This document shows positions 1-10,090 of a DNA stretch of 59,720 nt, piece after piece; position 1 is the stretch's first letter, and each line of letters opens with the position of its first letter. A program made the position numbers and the translations under genes. The stretch lies in NCBI GenBank assembly GCA_014859215.1, contig JACUUS010000001.1, positions 1 through 59,720 on the forward strand, given 5' to 3'. Source of the stretch: Dehalococcoidia bacterium. Lineage in GTDB: Bacteria; Chloroflexota; Dehalococcoidia; SZUA-161. Below the pieces are notes generated by a model. The model did not search any database. It was not told the DNA's origin and saw only the letters and a program-made list of their open reading frames with translations.

Positions 1-1738
1 CTCCCCCCACCTCGTTGATCGAAATGAGCGGGCTGTAGTTATAGAGGGCGGTGTCTTCGTGCCCCTTGGCCATAACCGCGCCGGTAAGCTGCTGCCAGCG
101 CATAACGAAGTCCAGCCACACATCTTTGCACCTGTCCGGGGCGGTAAGTGGAGACTCCATGAAGAGTACTCTCTTCAAGAACCGGATAGGCATATCGAGC
201 GATGGAACCCTCCGCAGGGCTTCGCCTGCGGCCTGTTCCATGTAGTGCCTGTCAGTCTGCGACAGGTTGAAATCCCTGATGTAGGTACGGTAGACCGGCA
301 GGCAGGCGGTCATTTCGATGACGGCCTGTTGCAGGTCTTCCGCGGTTACGTCAGGACTGTACAAGGCCGCAAGGTGTGCCAGCCGCCTGGCGGAGGCTTT
401 GATTTCGCTGCGAAAGAGGTCATCCATTACCTGTTTCTTCTTCCGGTAAAGGATTTCCTCGAAACCTTCCTTCATGTCCATAACGTCGCCGTATCTTTCC
501 ACGAGCTTGCTGAGTCCCGAGGGGTCGATGAAGACGGCATTCACGACGTTGAGAAAGTCATAACCGGTCGTTCCGTGCGCGGGCCATTCCGGTGGCAGAA
601 CCTCGTCGCCGGTGAGGATTTTTTCCACCAGTAGGAAGAAGGGAGGATCCTGGGGATTCGGTCTACTGCCGGGAGAGAGGATGGAATGCAACCGGCGGAG
701 GTATGAGAGTGGGTCGCGAAGCCCGTCAATATGGTCTATACGGAGGCCGGTTACTCTCCCTTCCCGCACAAGGTCATAGATGAGCGAGTGGGTAGCATCC
801 ATGAATTCCGGGTTCTCTACGCGCACACCTGCAAGATCGCTGATATCGAAAAACCGCCTGTAGTTTACTCTCGGGAGGCCGGTCTTCCAGAAATCGAGTA
901 TGTAGGCCTGCTGCTCCAGCAGGTCCTTAAGCATATCCAGGCTGGGATCACCCTCACCCCTGTTGTTCACGGCCTCGATACCGTGAAAGATGAGGTCCTT
1001 GATCTCGGCGGAGCCGGACAGCAAGTCGGTGAAGGCGGCCTTAACAGCCTGGCGCTCTCTATACCGCCCGGCATGCCACAGCTCGCTGGTGCCTTGCGGA
1101 GGCAGGCGTTCAATCGAGTCCAGGAGACGTGCGGGATCCGCATTTCGGGCGTGCGATACTCGTTCAGGTCCAGAACGGTCGAGAACGTGGGACAAGACCA
1201 GTCCGTAGGACCTCACGTCGAGAGGAAAGCGGTTCTCGAAATAGTGGAGGGAGAGACCGTCGCCGTCGAGCTTCAAGAGAATTTCGCCTTTGTTTATCAC
1301 CTCAAGTGCTGGGTTTCCGAGGACCGGCAGAAGCAGCCTGTTCCGGGGAAGAACCTCCGCCTGCCAGTCTATATCGAAGAGTTGCGCCCACGGAGAGGCG
1401 GGGCCGTTTTCAAGGACATCCATCCACCAGGGGTTTTGGGCATCGGCGGCAAGGTGGTTAGGCACGATGTCAAGCAGGATCCCCATGTCGAGGCGTTTGA
1501 GTTCGCGCACCATGTCCTGAAAATCAGCGGAGGATCCCAGCTCGGGATTGAGAGTCCGTGGGTCGGTTATGTCGTAGCCGTGGGTGCTTCCCGGCCGGGA
1601 TCTAAACACCGGGGAGAGGTAGACATCGGAAATTCCCAGCTTGCGCAGGTAGGATGCGATGAGCATGACTTCCCTGAACCCGAAGATGCGGTTGAGCTGA
1701 AGCCTGCACGTGGAAACGGGAATTCTTGACGTGCCCAT
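1..1738 (-). CDS. treY: malto-oligosyltrehalose synthase (TreY), N-terminal ~579 codons; gene runs off the left edge
   Basis: Absent from the ORF track because it is open at the window edge. My minus-strand translation from the ATG at 1738-1736 reads MGTSRIPVSTCRLQLNRIFGFREVMLIASYLRKLGISDVYLSPVFRSRPGSTHGYDITDP...LLDIVPNH...LPVYRTYI...QQLTGAVMAKGHEDTALYNYSP. These are GH13/TreY hallmarks. The frame stays open to position 2. Confidence 0.85.
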   Translation of the reverse strand, partial: MGTSRIPVSTCRLQLNRIFGFREVMLIASYLRKLGISDVYLSPVFRSRPGSTHGYDITDPRTLNPELGSSADFQDMVRELKRLDMGILLDIVPNHLAADAQNPWWMDVLENGPASPWAQLFDIDWQAEVLPRNRLLLPVLGNPALEVINKGEILLKLDGDGLSLHYFENRFPLDVRSYGLVLSHVLDRSGPERVSHARNADPARLLDSIERLPPQGTSELWHAGRYRERQAVKAAFTDLLSGSAEIKDLIFHGIEAVNNRGEGDPSLDMLKDLLEQQAYILDFWKTGLPRVNYRRFFDISDLAGVRVENPEFMDATHSLIYDLVREGRVTGLRIDHIDGLRDPLSYLRRLHSILSPGSRPNPQDPPFFLLVEKILTGDEVLPPEWPAHGTTGYDFLNVVNAVFIDPSGLSKLVERYGDVMDMKEGFEEILYRKKKQVMDDLFRSEIKASARRLAHLAALYSPDVTAEDLQQAVIEMTACLPVYRTYIRDFNLSQTDRHYMEQAAGEALRRVPSLDMPIRFLKRVLFMESPLTAPDRCKDVWLDFVMRWQQLTGAVMAKGHEDTALYNYSPLISINEVGG

Positions 1739-4162
1739 CTAACCAACCTGTATACCAAGCTTTTCTCCGAGAAGTGTGAATTTCCGGGTCCACTCAAGTG
1801 CCTCCTCGCTGCCGGCCTGGGCGTCATGCTGGAACCCGGGATACACGTGTTTCATCATCAGGTAGTACAGATTCTGCACCCTCCGGATATCGACGCTGAA
1901 GGGTGGTGTCTGTGCAATGCCGACCGCATCGGTCAAGTCTTCGAGGCCTGACATATCTCCTTTAGCGGATGCCGTTCTTTCCATCATCTTGTTGAGGCTT
2001 TGCTCAAGCACGTAGGAAAGGCCTTCGGTGTCCAGGTGCGCCTGCCAGGTCCGGGCCTCTTCGATGTAGTTCCGCACAGTGTCTGTCTGGACCGGCGCTG
2101 AGCCGAGGACGCGGCGCAGATCGGTATTCAGAATGAACTCGGCCGCCGCCAGAAAGGCTCGCGGAAGCGGGTTACCAAGGTCAGCGAGGAATCTCATTAA
2201 CGGGTAATTCGTCTCGTATATCTGGCGGTAAGACGATTCGACCGCAGCAAGAGTAGATTCAAGTATGCTGGAAAGGACCTTGCGCTGCTCATCCCGGAAG
2301 AGAGATCTTACGGTATAGGCAGTCATGCCGAAATGCTTGTCCAGTGTGCGGATCACCCTGGGAGAATCTACCGTTGAGAATGCGCTGGAGAGTTCCGCCA
2401 CCATACCGCGGTATTCCTCAGGGGATTGGCTTTCGCCGACACCGGCGTTAATGTTATGGTCTCCGAAATGTAGTAAGCCGAAGGCCACCGAGGCAGACTC
2501 ATGTATTACCTCGGAGGTGACCCTGGCTCGTCCAGTAACCAACCGCGCCTTGCCTGCCTCCTGCTTCTGGTAGTCGGCGACGTTTACCCGGTAGCAGTAG
2601 ATGCGGGCTTTGGCGTTGTATTCTTCAAACAGGGAGCTGATGGCGTAGTGAGCCGCCACAGACTTGAGATCGATTTTGGCGGGCCTCACAAATTTCTCGT
2701 ACACGTCTCGGCCGTTCCCAAATTCAGGAAAGTTACTCGTGGCCTTTCCGAGTAACTCGAGAAAGTTCGGTTCAAGGTCCTGGTCCAGCACCTCACGGGC
2801 AAGCTGAAGAGTCCGTGCAGCATAGCGGAGTACCTGTACAGTCTCTATACCGGACAGTTCGTTGAAGAACCAGCCGCAGCTCGTAAACATGAGCATCGCG
2901 TTTCGCTGAAGCTCGAGCAGCTTCAGGACCGAGACCGTTTCGTGGGTCTTGAGGGGGTTGAGGCTTCTCCTTGCCAGAAACGAGCGCAGTTTCTTCTGCG
3001 AGCGGTCATGGACCACGTAAATATAATCGTCGCGGGTCGCCCATGGATCCTGAACGAATGGCTGTATCCTGTCGGCGTATGCTTCGGCCAGCGAGTCGCG
3101 AAGCCAGTCCAGGGCTTCGCGTAGTGGCGCTCTCCAGGCCTGATTCCATTGAGGCTTGCCGCCGGCCCGGCAGCCGCAATCTGCGCGCCATCTTTCGACG
3201 CCATGTACGCAGCTCCAGGAGGTATTTTCCAGAATCTCGACTTCGCAGGTGGGTGGGTTCTTCGCCAGATATTCCCCGTAGTTCGTTATTTGAGCGAGCT
3301 TGTTATCTTCCATATACCGCAAGGCATAAGCGAGAGCCATTTCCCCGAAGCGGTGGTGGTGGCCGTACGTCTCACCGTCCGTTGCGATATTCACTAGCTG
3401 GGGGTGGTCGTTGTCCGGGGAGAACCCACCCGCGAGCCGGAGCGCGAAACTCTCGCCGCTTGTGAGGAGCTGCTCGAAGGCGACCGCGCGAGATATCGGG
3501 TCATCGTAAAAGAAGAGTGAGATGCTGCGTCCTGATGGCAGCCTGATATCATAAGCCATTCTTGGGTCGATGCCGTCGCTGGCGCTGCTCCAGGTACTGC
3601 TTCCTTTGGGCCGGACCCGCGCCGCCTGGTGGGGCGCAAGGATTGTGAACCGAATTCCTTGCTCAGCGAGCACGTCCAGTGTTTCCAGGTCCACCGCAGT
3701 TTCCGGGAGCCACATACCCTCCGGCGAGCGTTGAAAGGTGTATTCGAAATCCCTGATTCCCCAAATTACCTGCGTTCGTTTGTCGCGCAGGGTGGCGAGC
3801 GGCATGATCATGTGATTATATGCTTGCGCCATGGCAGAACCATGCCCCGAAAACATCTGCTGGCTCAGCCGGTCAGCCTCAAGAACGGCCTTATAGACTT
3901 CAGGGGCGCATGACCTCATCCATGCCAGGAGGGTAGGTCCGAAATTGAAGCTCATCCTGGCGTAGTTGTTGACAATTTCATCTATCTTCCGTTCAGCATT
4001 AAGAATACGGGCTGTAGCATTGGAAGCATAGCACTCGGCTGTAATTCGCTCGTTCCAGTCGTGGTACGGATACGCCGAGTCCTGCAGTTCGATATACCCG
4101 AGCCACGGGTTCTCGCGAGGCGGCTGATAGAAGTGGCCGTGGATGCAGACGTGTCTTACCAT
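1739..4162 (-). CDS. GH57-family alpha-glucan-active glycoside hydrolase, long form with ~400-aa C-terminal helical extension
   Basis: The 807-aa ORF starts [20 protein letters not shown], the GH57 region-I motif. Its TAG stop (1741-1739) directly abuts the treY ATG. Confidence 0.85.
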   Translation of the reverse strand: MVRHVCIHGHFYQPPRENPWLGYIELQDSAYPYHDWNERITAECYASNATARILNAERKIDEIVNNYARMSFNFGPTLLAWMRSCAPEVYKAVLEADRLSQQMFSGHGSAMAQAYNHMIMPLATLRDKRTQVIWGIRDFEYTFQRSPEGMWLPETAVDLETLDVLAEQGIRFTILAPHQAARVRPKGSSTWSSASDGIDPRMAYDIRLPSGRSISLFFYDDPISRAVAFEQLLTSGESFALRLAGGFSPDNDHPQLVNIATDGETYGHHHRFGEMALAYALRYMEDNKLAQITNYGEYLAKNPPTCEVEILENTSWSCVHGVERWRADCGCRAGGKPQWNQAWRAPLREALDWLRDSLAEAYADRIQPFVQDPWATRDDYIYVVHDRSQKKLRSFLARRSLNPLKTHETVSVLKLLELQRNAMLMFTSCGWFFNELSGIETVQVLRYAARTLQLAREVLDQDLEPNFLELLGKATSNFPEFGNGRDVYEKFVRPAKIDLKSVAAHYAISSLFEEYNAKARIYCYRVNVADYQKQEAGKARLVTGRARVTSEVIHESASVAFGLLHFGDHNINAGVGESQSPEEYRGMVAELSSAFSTVDSPRVIRTLDKHFGMTAYTVRSLFRDEQRKVLSSILESTLAAVESSYRQIYETNYPLMRFLADLGNPLPRAFLAAAEFILNTDLRRVLGSAPVQTDTVRNYIEEARTWQAHLDTEGLSYVLEQSLNKMMERTASAKGDMSGLEDLTDAVGIAQTPPFSVDIRRVQNLYYLMMKHVYPGFQHDAQAGSEEALEWTRKFTLLGEKLGIQVG

Positions 4163-6015
4163 GATACGGCTCCTTTTCCCTGCAGGAAGAGCATGAAAGA
4201 CTGAGGTCGGAGCTGCACCGTGGATCCGCCGTCAGAGGTGAGTTTTTCAGGGATCGCGCTTCCAGGGCCCAGCCAGGTCCCATCTGACGAGTCTATCCGC
4301 TTCCGCCAGTTCCCGGAAGGAAAGGGAAGACTCAGCTCCACCGGTTCCTTCCCGAAGTGGAAGAGGGTAATGGACTGATCATCTATGCTCCAGCGGCGAA
4401 GGTATACGAGTCCGGCTTTCTCGAAGGCCATCACGTCGAGAAAGTCTTTGCTCAAGATTGCGAGAGAAGGGACGGCTTTCCGGAGGGCCAGCAATTCCCG
4501 GTACAGCTCGCGCAGGCGCTTGTTGCGACCGTCGCGGGCAAGGGCGCGATTGAGTTTGGCGGCGCTGAATGTGCTCTCAGATTGCGGATCAGGCGGTTCT
4601 GTCTCCCATTTGAAGGCGGCAAACTCCTCACGCCGGCCGTCTCTTACCGCCTGTACCAGCTCCGGGTCCAGGTGACTGATGAAATACTGGAAGGGCGCCG
4701 TTTCGCCGTACTCTTCGCCCATGAAAAGGAGGGGAATATAGGGAGACAGGATTACGAGGCCGGCTGCGAGCTTCAGTGCTTCGAACGAGACCATGCCGCT
4801 GAGGCGTTCACCGAGCATCCTGTTCCCGACCTGGTCGTGGTTCTGCGCGAAAACAACAAAGCGCGACGCGGGGATGTCTCTTGCGGGACTTCCATGCCTG
4901 CACTTCCTGTAAGGGGAGTACTCTCCCGTGTAAACGTAGGCATCGCGGTACGCCTTTGCCAGGTGGCGTATTTCACCGTAGTCCTCGTAGTAGCCGGTTC
5001 TTTCGCCTGTGAGGAGTGCGTGCGCCGCATGATGGAAATCGTCGTTCCACTGCGCGTCCAGACCGTAGCCGCCGAGCTCAATGCTGCGAATAAGGCGGGA
5101 ATCGTTCGCAGCGCTCTCCGGAATGACGTAGACTCTCCGATTAAGCCTTGCCGAGCGCTCGTGGACGGTCGAGCCCAGCTCCTGGAGGAAGGGGACGGGG
5201 GAGTTATCCATGATCGCATGGACCGCATCAAGGCGCAGAGCGTCGACGTGGAAGTCAGTTATCCAGTACAGTGCATTCTCTACAAAGAAATGACGCACCT
5301 CATCACAGTAAGGCGCGTCGAAGTTCAGCGCCATGCCCCAGGGGGTCTTGTAGCGGTCCGTGAAATACGGGCCGTACATGGACAGATAGTTTCCCTCCGG
5401 GCCAGGATGGTTATAGACGACGTCGAGAATGAAGGAGAGGCCCTTGAGATGGCAGGCATTGACCAGCTTCTTGAGCGCGCCAGGGCCGCCGTATGACTTC
5501 TGTACGGCGAACGGAAACACCCCGTCATAGCCCCAGTTGCGGCTACCCGGGAATTGTGCCACAGGCATAAGCTCGATCGCTGTAATGCCAAGCTCCTTGA
5601 GCTCGTCCAGGCAGGGTATGATCGCTTCAAATGTGCCTTCGGGAGTGAAGGTCCCGACATGAAGCTCGTAGATAACGTAGTCTTCCAGAAGATGCCCGGA
5701 CCAGCACCTGTCCTCCCACGTGAAGGAAGGGTCGAGCACCTGGGAAGGGCCGTGCACATCCTCGGGCTGATACCGGGAGGCCGGATCGGGGTACTCATTT
5801 AGCCCGTCGAGGCGGTAGAAGTACAGGGCTCCCGGTCCCGCGTCGTCGATCTCGGCGTGGAAGTAGCCGCGATTTATTTTTTTCAGGGAAACGAATCGAT
5901 CCTGCGGGGCGAGGAAGTGAACGTCAATCGTTTCGCAAAAAGGGGCCCATACAAGGAAGCGGGTCTTTCCCTGTCCAAGGTATGTCGCGCCGGGACTCAT
6001 CTCCATCTCCCTCAT
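4156..6015 (-). CDS. treZ: malto-oligosyltrehalose trehalohydrolase (TreZ, GH13)
   Basis: 619 aa. It has an N-terminal E-set-like segment ([10 protein letters not shown]) followed by GH13 blocks ([30 protein letters not shown]). The start overlaps the glgB stop as ATGA. Confidence 0.85.
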   Translation of the reverse strand: MREMEMSPGATYLGQGKTRFLVWAPFCETIDVHFLAPQDRFVSLKKINRGYFHAEIDDAGPGALYFYRLDGLNEYPDPASRYQPEDVHGPSQVLDPSFTWEDRCWSGHLLEDYVIYELHVGTFTPEGTFEAIIPCLDELKELGITAIELMPVAQFPGSRNWGYDGVFPFAVQKSYGGPGALKKLVNACHLKGLSFILDVVYNHPGPEGNYLSMYGPYFTDRYKTPWGMALNFDAPYCDEVRHFFVENALYWITDFHVDALRLDAVHAIMDNSPVPFLQELGSTVHERSARLNRRVYVIPESAANDSRLIRSIELGGYGLDAQWNDDFHHAAHALLTGERTGYYEDYGEIRHLAKAYRDAYVYTGEYSPYRKCRHGSPARDIPASRFVVFAQNHDQVGNRMLGERLSGMVSFEALKLAAGLVILSPYIPLLFMGEEYGETAPFQYFISHLDPELVQAVRDGRREEFAAFKWETEPPDPQSESTFSAAKLNRALARDGRNKRLRELYRELLALRKAVPSLAILSKDFLDVMAFEKAGLVYLRRWSIDDQSITLFHFGKEPVELSLPFPSGNWRKRIDSSDGTWLGPGSAIPEKLTSDGGSTVQLRPQSFMLFLQGKGAVSW

Positions 6016-7967
6016 CCATCTGCCTCATGCCTGAAGAATACCGCGGCGAGGGGTGGCAGGGTGATACCGAGCGAAGAAGGACGGCCGTGGTACGGAACAT
6101 CGAGTGACTTGACTCCGCCCAGGTTGCCGAGCCCACTTCCTCCGTACTCAGCGGCGTCGCTGTTCAGGAGCTCTCTCCAGTAGCCGCCTCGCGGCACGCC
6201 GACCCTGTAGCTCATGCGCGGCACGGGGGTGAAGTTGAAAACACCGAGTACAATGTCCCTGGCCCCCGCGCTTTTCCTTATGAAACTCGCGGTACTGTTC
6301 TGGGAGTCGCTGGCATCTATCCACTCGAACCCTGCCGGGTCGTTATCGAGCTGGTTCAAGGCTGGTTCGAGGCGGTAAGTGAAGTTAAGGTCCTGCATCC
6401 ATTTCTGAAGGCCGATGTGCGGCTTGTATTGCAGCAAATCCCATTCCAGAGCACCGTCATGGTCCCATTCGGTCCACTGTCCGAGTTCGCCTCCCATGAA
6501 TAGCAGCTTCTTTCCGGGCTGGGCAAACATGTACCCGAACAGGAGCCGGAGGTTGGCGAACTTCTGCCAGTCGTCACCGGGCATCTTTGCCAGCAGCGAC
6601 CCTTTTCCGTGAACAACCTCGTCGTGCGACAGGGGCAGGACGAAGTTCTCGGAGAATGCGTAAATCATGCGGAATGTGAGTTCGTTATGATGGAATTTCC
6701 TGTGTACCGGCTCCCTGGTCATATAGTAGAGCGTATCGTGCATCCAGCCCATATCCCACTTCAGGCCGAAACCGAGTCCTCCGACGTAGGTGGGCCGGGA
6801 AACCATCGGCCATGCGGTTGATTCCTCCGCGATCGTCTGGACATCGGGAAAGCTCTTGTACACTTCCTGGTTGAAGCGTCGCAGAAAAGCGAGCGCTTCC
6901 AGGTTCTCGTTGCCGCCGTACTGGTTCGGAATCCATTCGCCGGTCTTGCGGGAGTAGTCAAGATAAAGCATGGAGGCTACGGCATCCAACCGGAGCCCGT
7001 CCACGTGGTACTTATCAAGCCAGAAAAGGGCGCTGCTAATGAGGAAGCTTCGCACTTCGTGCCGGCCGTAATTGAAGATATAGCTGTTCCAGTCGGGGTG
7101 CAGCCCCTTCCTGGGGTCGGCATGTTCATACAGGTGCGTGCCGTCGAAATAGGCAAGCCCGTGTTCATCGGCGGGGAAATGAGAGGGGACCCAGTCGAGT
7201 ATGACTCCTATATTGTTCTGGTGGAGGTAGTCTACCAGGTGCATGAAGTCCTGCGGCGTACCCTGCCGGCTGGTGGGCGCGAAATACCCTGTTGACTGGT
7301 AGCCCCATGAGCCTGGAAACGGGTGCTCCATAATTGGCATGAACTCGACATGAGTGAAACCCATGCGCTTTACATAATGGGCCAGCTCCGGGGCCAGCTC
7401 GCGGTAGGTAAGCGATCTGGAGTCCTCCTTCGGGAGCCGCTTCCAGGAGCCGACATGGACTTCGTAGATTGATATGGGCGCATTGAAGTTATTGCGGCTG
7501 CTGCGCGCCCTCATCCAGTCCGCGTCATCCCAGGTATAGTCGAGGTCCCATACCACCGAGGCCGTTTTCGGGGGTACCTCGGCGAAGAACGCAAAAGGGT
7601 CCGCCTTGTCCACCTTGTACCGGTTGTAGTTTGAAACGATGTGGTATTTGTACAACGCCCCCCGGGTTATCCCCGGCACGAATCCTTCCCAGATTCCTGA
7701 CCGGCCTCGTGCCCGCAAGGGGTGCCTGGAAGGGCTCCAATCATTGAAATCACCCATTAGCGACACTTCTTTGGCAGCAGGCGCCCATACGGCGAAATGC
7801 GTCCCCTGGACCCCGTTCAAATCAAGCGGGTGGGCTCCAAGATGGTTGTAGAGGCGGAAATGGCTTCCCTCATTGAAGAGGTAGATGTCATTATCCGTCA
7901 GGAGGGTTGTGCCGTATTCCACTGCCTGACGTGACTTTCCGGGATTGCCATCCTTGCGCCTGGTCAT
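6012..7967 (-). CDS. glgB: 1,4-alpha-glucan branching enzyme (GlgB, GH13_9)
   Basis: Contains typical GlgB blocks: [52 protein letters not shown] moved the start to Met52 of the tracked ORF (ATG 7967-7965). That removes the 157-nt overlap with malQ and gives an ATGA stop/start overlap. Confidence 0.9.
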   Translation of the reverse strand: MTRRKDGNPGKSRQAVEYGTTLLTDNDIYLFNEGSHFRLYNHLGAHPLDLNGVQGTHFAVWAPAAKEVSLMGDFNDWSPSRHPLRARGRSGIWEGFVPGITRGALYKYHIVSNYNRYKVDKADPFAFFAEVPPKTASVVWDLDYTWDDADWMRARSSRNNFNAPISIYEVHVGSWKRLPKEDSRSLTYRELAPELAHYVKRMGFTHVEFMPIMEHPFPGSWGYQSTGYFAPTSRQGTPQDFMHLVDYLHQNNIGVILDWVPSHFPADEHGLAYFDGTHLYEHADPRKGLHPDWNSYIFNYGRHEVRSFLISSALFWLDKYHVDGLRLDAVASMLYLDYSRKTGEWIPNQYGGNENLEALAFLRRFNQEVYKSFPDVQTIAEESTAWPMVSRPTYVGGLGFGLKWDMGWMHDTLYYMTREPVHRKFHHNELTFRMIYAFSENFVLPLSHDEVVHGKGSLLAKMPGDDWQKFANLRLLFGYMFAQPGKKLLFMGGELGQWTEWDHDGALEWDLLQYKPHIGLQKWMQDLNFTYRLEPALNQLDNDPAGFEWIDASDSQNSTASFIRKSAGARDIVLGVFNFTPVPRMSYRVGVPRGGYWRELLNSDAAEYGGSGLGNLGGVKSLDVPYHGRPSSLGITLPPLAAVFFRHEADG

Positions 7968-10090
7968 GCCTGTCCTCCTCGGCGGATAAGGTCTACTTCG
8001 CGCAGAATGTTTGCCAGTTCCGGCATGCGGGAGAATGTCTCGAAATCGTAACGTGCTTTCCTGCGCCAGTTGGGGTGCTCCCGGACACCCGGAATATTCT
8101 GAGCTTCTGTCTCCAACCACAGGTCTTCCAGGTTGATGATAACGGCCTGGGCGGGGCTTGAACTCAGTAATCGCAGAACAGCCCTGAAAAGGGGGCCGGT
8201 CTGAGCAGAGGAGATTCGGTGGTCGAAACCCATTTTCCGCAGGTACGAGACCAGAGCCTCCTTCAGTTTCCTGCGGTCGAGGCGCTCCCCGGCTGCGCCC
8301 TCGTTATCGACGAGCCCTGTTTCCACGCGTTTCTCGATGTCCGCTTCCTGCCAGAAGGACGCGAAGGGCGGCATGTCGTGGGTATTCAAGCTGGCCACTG
8401 AAAGCGACGGGATGGGACGAAGCGCCCGGCCTCCGGCTGCCATCTCATACTCGATAATGTACATCTGGTGAATGGCGTGACTCTTCATGGCAGGTCTGAC
8501 TTCGGGAGGCACGGTACCCAGGTCCTCTCCCACGATCACCGCGTGGTTCCTATGTGATTCAAGAGTGAGGATTCCATAGAGTTCCTGGTCGTTGTAGCGC
8601 ACGTACACGCCGTCGGAAGCGTCCATGCCGGCGGGTATCCAGAACAGCCTGTGCAGCCCCATGATGTGATCTATACGAAGAATTCCCGCATGGCGCAGAT
8701 GGTGCTGGATGCACGCTTTGAAGTACGTGTATTTCTCCTGCCTGATGCTCTCCGGGTGCATGGGAGGGAATCCCCAATTCTGGCCGCTGGTAAAAGCCGG
8801 ATCGGGCGGCGCTCCCACCGAAACGCCATCCACAAAAAGGTCCGGGTAGCGCCAGGCATCGAACCCGTTGGGGCTCACACCCAGTGAGAAATCGAGGAAA
8901 AGGCCAAGCCCGTTATTCCGGCGAGTATCCTCGGAAAGCGTGCGCATCTGCTGGTGCAGGAGCCATTGAGTGTAAAGGTAGAAGCTCTTTGCGACTGGAT
9001 CGAAGTCCTTTTCGGTTACCGAGCCCTCCCTCAGCGGAGGCGGCCATTCATGCCACGGAGTGCGTTTTCTCTCGTGAACGGCTCTGAAGGCGGCATAGTC
9101 TCCGACTACAGGATTATTGCGGATGAAGTCCCTGAACGGAGCGGTTCCATCCCTGGACCCGGTGAAGAAGCAGCGTGAAAGTACTTCCAGAACACGGCGC
9201 TTGAGCGCCATAACGCCCTGATAATCAACCAGTGATGATCTACGCAGCCTGTCCATATCGGCGCCCATTGATACGGAAGCAAGAAGATCATTAGCCGCTG
9301 CGCAGCCGCTCAGTTCCGGAGAGCGGGCAACATCGACATACAGCTCGTTCCAGACGAGGCGGCTCACCGGGGCATAGGGGCTCGGTTCGCCTGATTCCTC
9401 GAGAAAGAGAGGAAGTAAAGGCAGGGTAGCAACAAGGCCTCCCCGCTGTCGGGTGACCCATTCAATCAGATTCTCCAGGTCGGAGAGATCGCCGCAGCCC
9501 CAGCTTGCTGCACTGTGCAGTGAATAGAGCGGAATAAACAGGCCCCACGTACGCGCCTGTCGCGACTGGTTGAAGGTGTAAGCCTTCGCGGGCGTTGAGA
9601 TGATCATGACCTCGTGGTGGTCGGGCGGAATATCCAGGGACAGCCGGTGGTAACCTGGAGGAAGTGCTTCCCCGAGCTCCAGCTTCTTGATGAGAAACCG
9701 GGCACCGTCCTCTTCCTTGACCATGACCAGTGGCAGATCGATCGATTTCCATCCAAGCGATTTCTTCTCGCCGTTTTCCAGGGCCAGTTCGCCTGTGACG
9801 GAATTCTCGCTCATCTGGGCAGGCAGGCGCAAGTGGATTTCGGGAGGTCCGCCATCCCAGGCCACAGCGACGGGATCAACCGCAGTCCGCAGAAGTTGGA
9901 GCTTACGTTCCCGCAGCGCGGAGGGCGCATCCTGAGCGGTTTCCACGGGAGCTCCGAGTCGCCGAAGGATTTCCACGAGAGAGCCGATTGACGACGGATG
10001 GCGCCCGTGCTTGACATCATAATATGCGGTCTGCACATGCCAGAGTAGAGCAAGCTCACGTACCGCACGGTTCAGAATCTGCCTGTTCAT
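7964..10090 (-). CDS. malQ: 4-alpha-glucanotransferase (amylomaltase, GH77) with N-terminal extension domain
   Basis: Contains GH77 blocks: [44 protein letters not shown]. The start is set to Met18 (ATG 10090-10088), which forms an ATGA overlap with the treS stop. Confidence 0.85.
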   Translation of the reverse strand: MNRQILNRAVRELALLWHVQTAYYDVKHGRHPSSIGSLVEILRRLGAPVETAQDAPSALRERKLQLLRTAVDPVAVAWDGGPPEIHLRLPAQMSENSVTGELALENGEKKSLGWKSIDLPLVMVKEEDGARFLIKKLELGEALPPGYHRLSLDIPPDHHEVMIISTPAKAYTFNQSRQARTWGLFIPLYSLHSAASWGCGDLSDLENLIEWVTRQRGGLVATLPLLPLFLEESGEPSPYAPVSRLVWNELYVDVARSPELSGCAAANDLLASVSMGADMDRLRRSSLVDYQGVMALKRRVLEVLSRCFFTGSRDGTAPFRDFIRNNPVVGDYAAFRAVHERKRTPWHEWPPPLREGSVTEKDFDPVAKSFYLYTQWLLHQQMRTLSEDTRRNNGLGLFLDFSLGVSPNGFDAWRYPDLFVDGVSVGAPPDPAFTSGQNWGFPPMHPESIRQEKYTYFKACIQHHLRHAGILRIDHIMGLHRLFWIPAGMDASDGVYVRYNDQELYGILTLESHRNHAVIVGEDLGTVPPEVRPAMKSHAIHQMYIIEYEMAAGGRALRPIPSLSVASLNTHDMPPFASFWQEADIEKRVETGLVDNEGAAGERLDRRKLKEALVSYLRKMGFDHRISSAQTGPLFRAVLRLLSSSPAQAVIINLEDLWLETEAQNIPGVREHPNWRRKARYDFETFSRMPELANILREVDLIRRGGQA

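Noticed and set aside
59-1729. Long + strand ORFs 59-634 (191 aa) and 731-1729 (332 aa)
   Set aside because: Their sequences are low-complexity and carry no motifs. They lie exactly antisense to a continuous minus-strand frame that translates into a clear TreY sequence, so they are shadow ORFs typical of GC-rich DNA.
4357-5496. 379-aa + strand ORF inside treZ. Similar antisense ORFs occur at 11599-12960, 16794-17570, 20965-22068, 30131-30838, 33068-33772, 33979-34897, 35282-35968, 48590-49225 and 53531-54076.
   Set aside because: Each lies fully inside and opposite a gene with strong family motifs. None shows recognisable domains or an SD, so I treat them as antisense shadow ORFs.
7968-8120. 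N-terminal 51-codon extension of the tracked glgB ORF, and likewise 10091-10141 for malQ
   Set aside because: The extensions overlap the upstream genes by 157 and 55 nt and are Arg/Pro/Gly-rich with no similarity to GlgB or MalQ N-termini. Internal ATGs give classic ATGA coupling instead.
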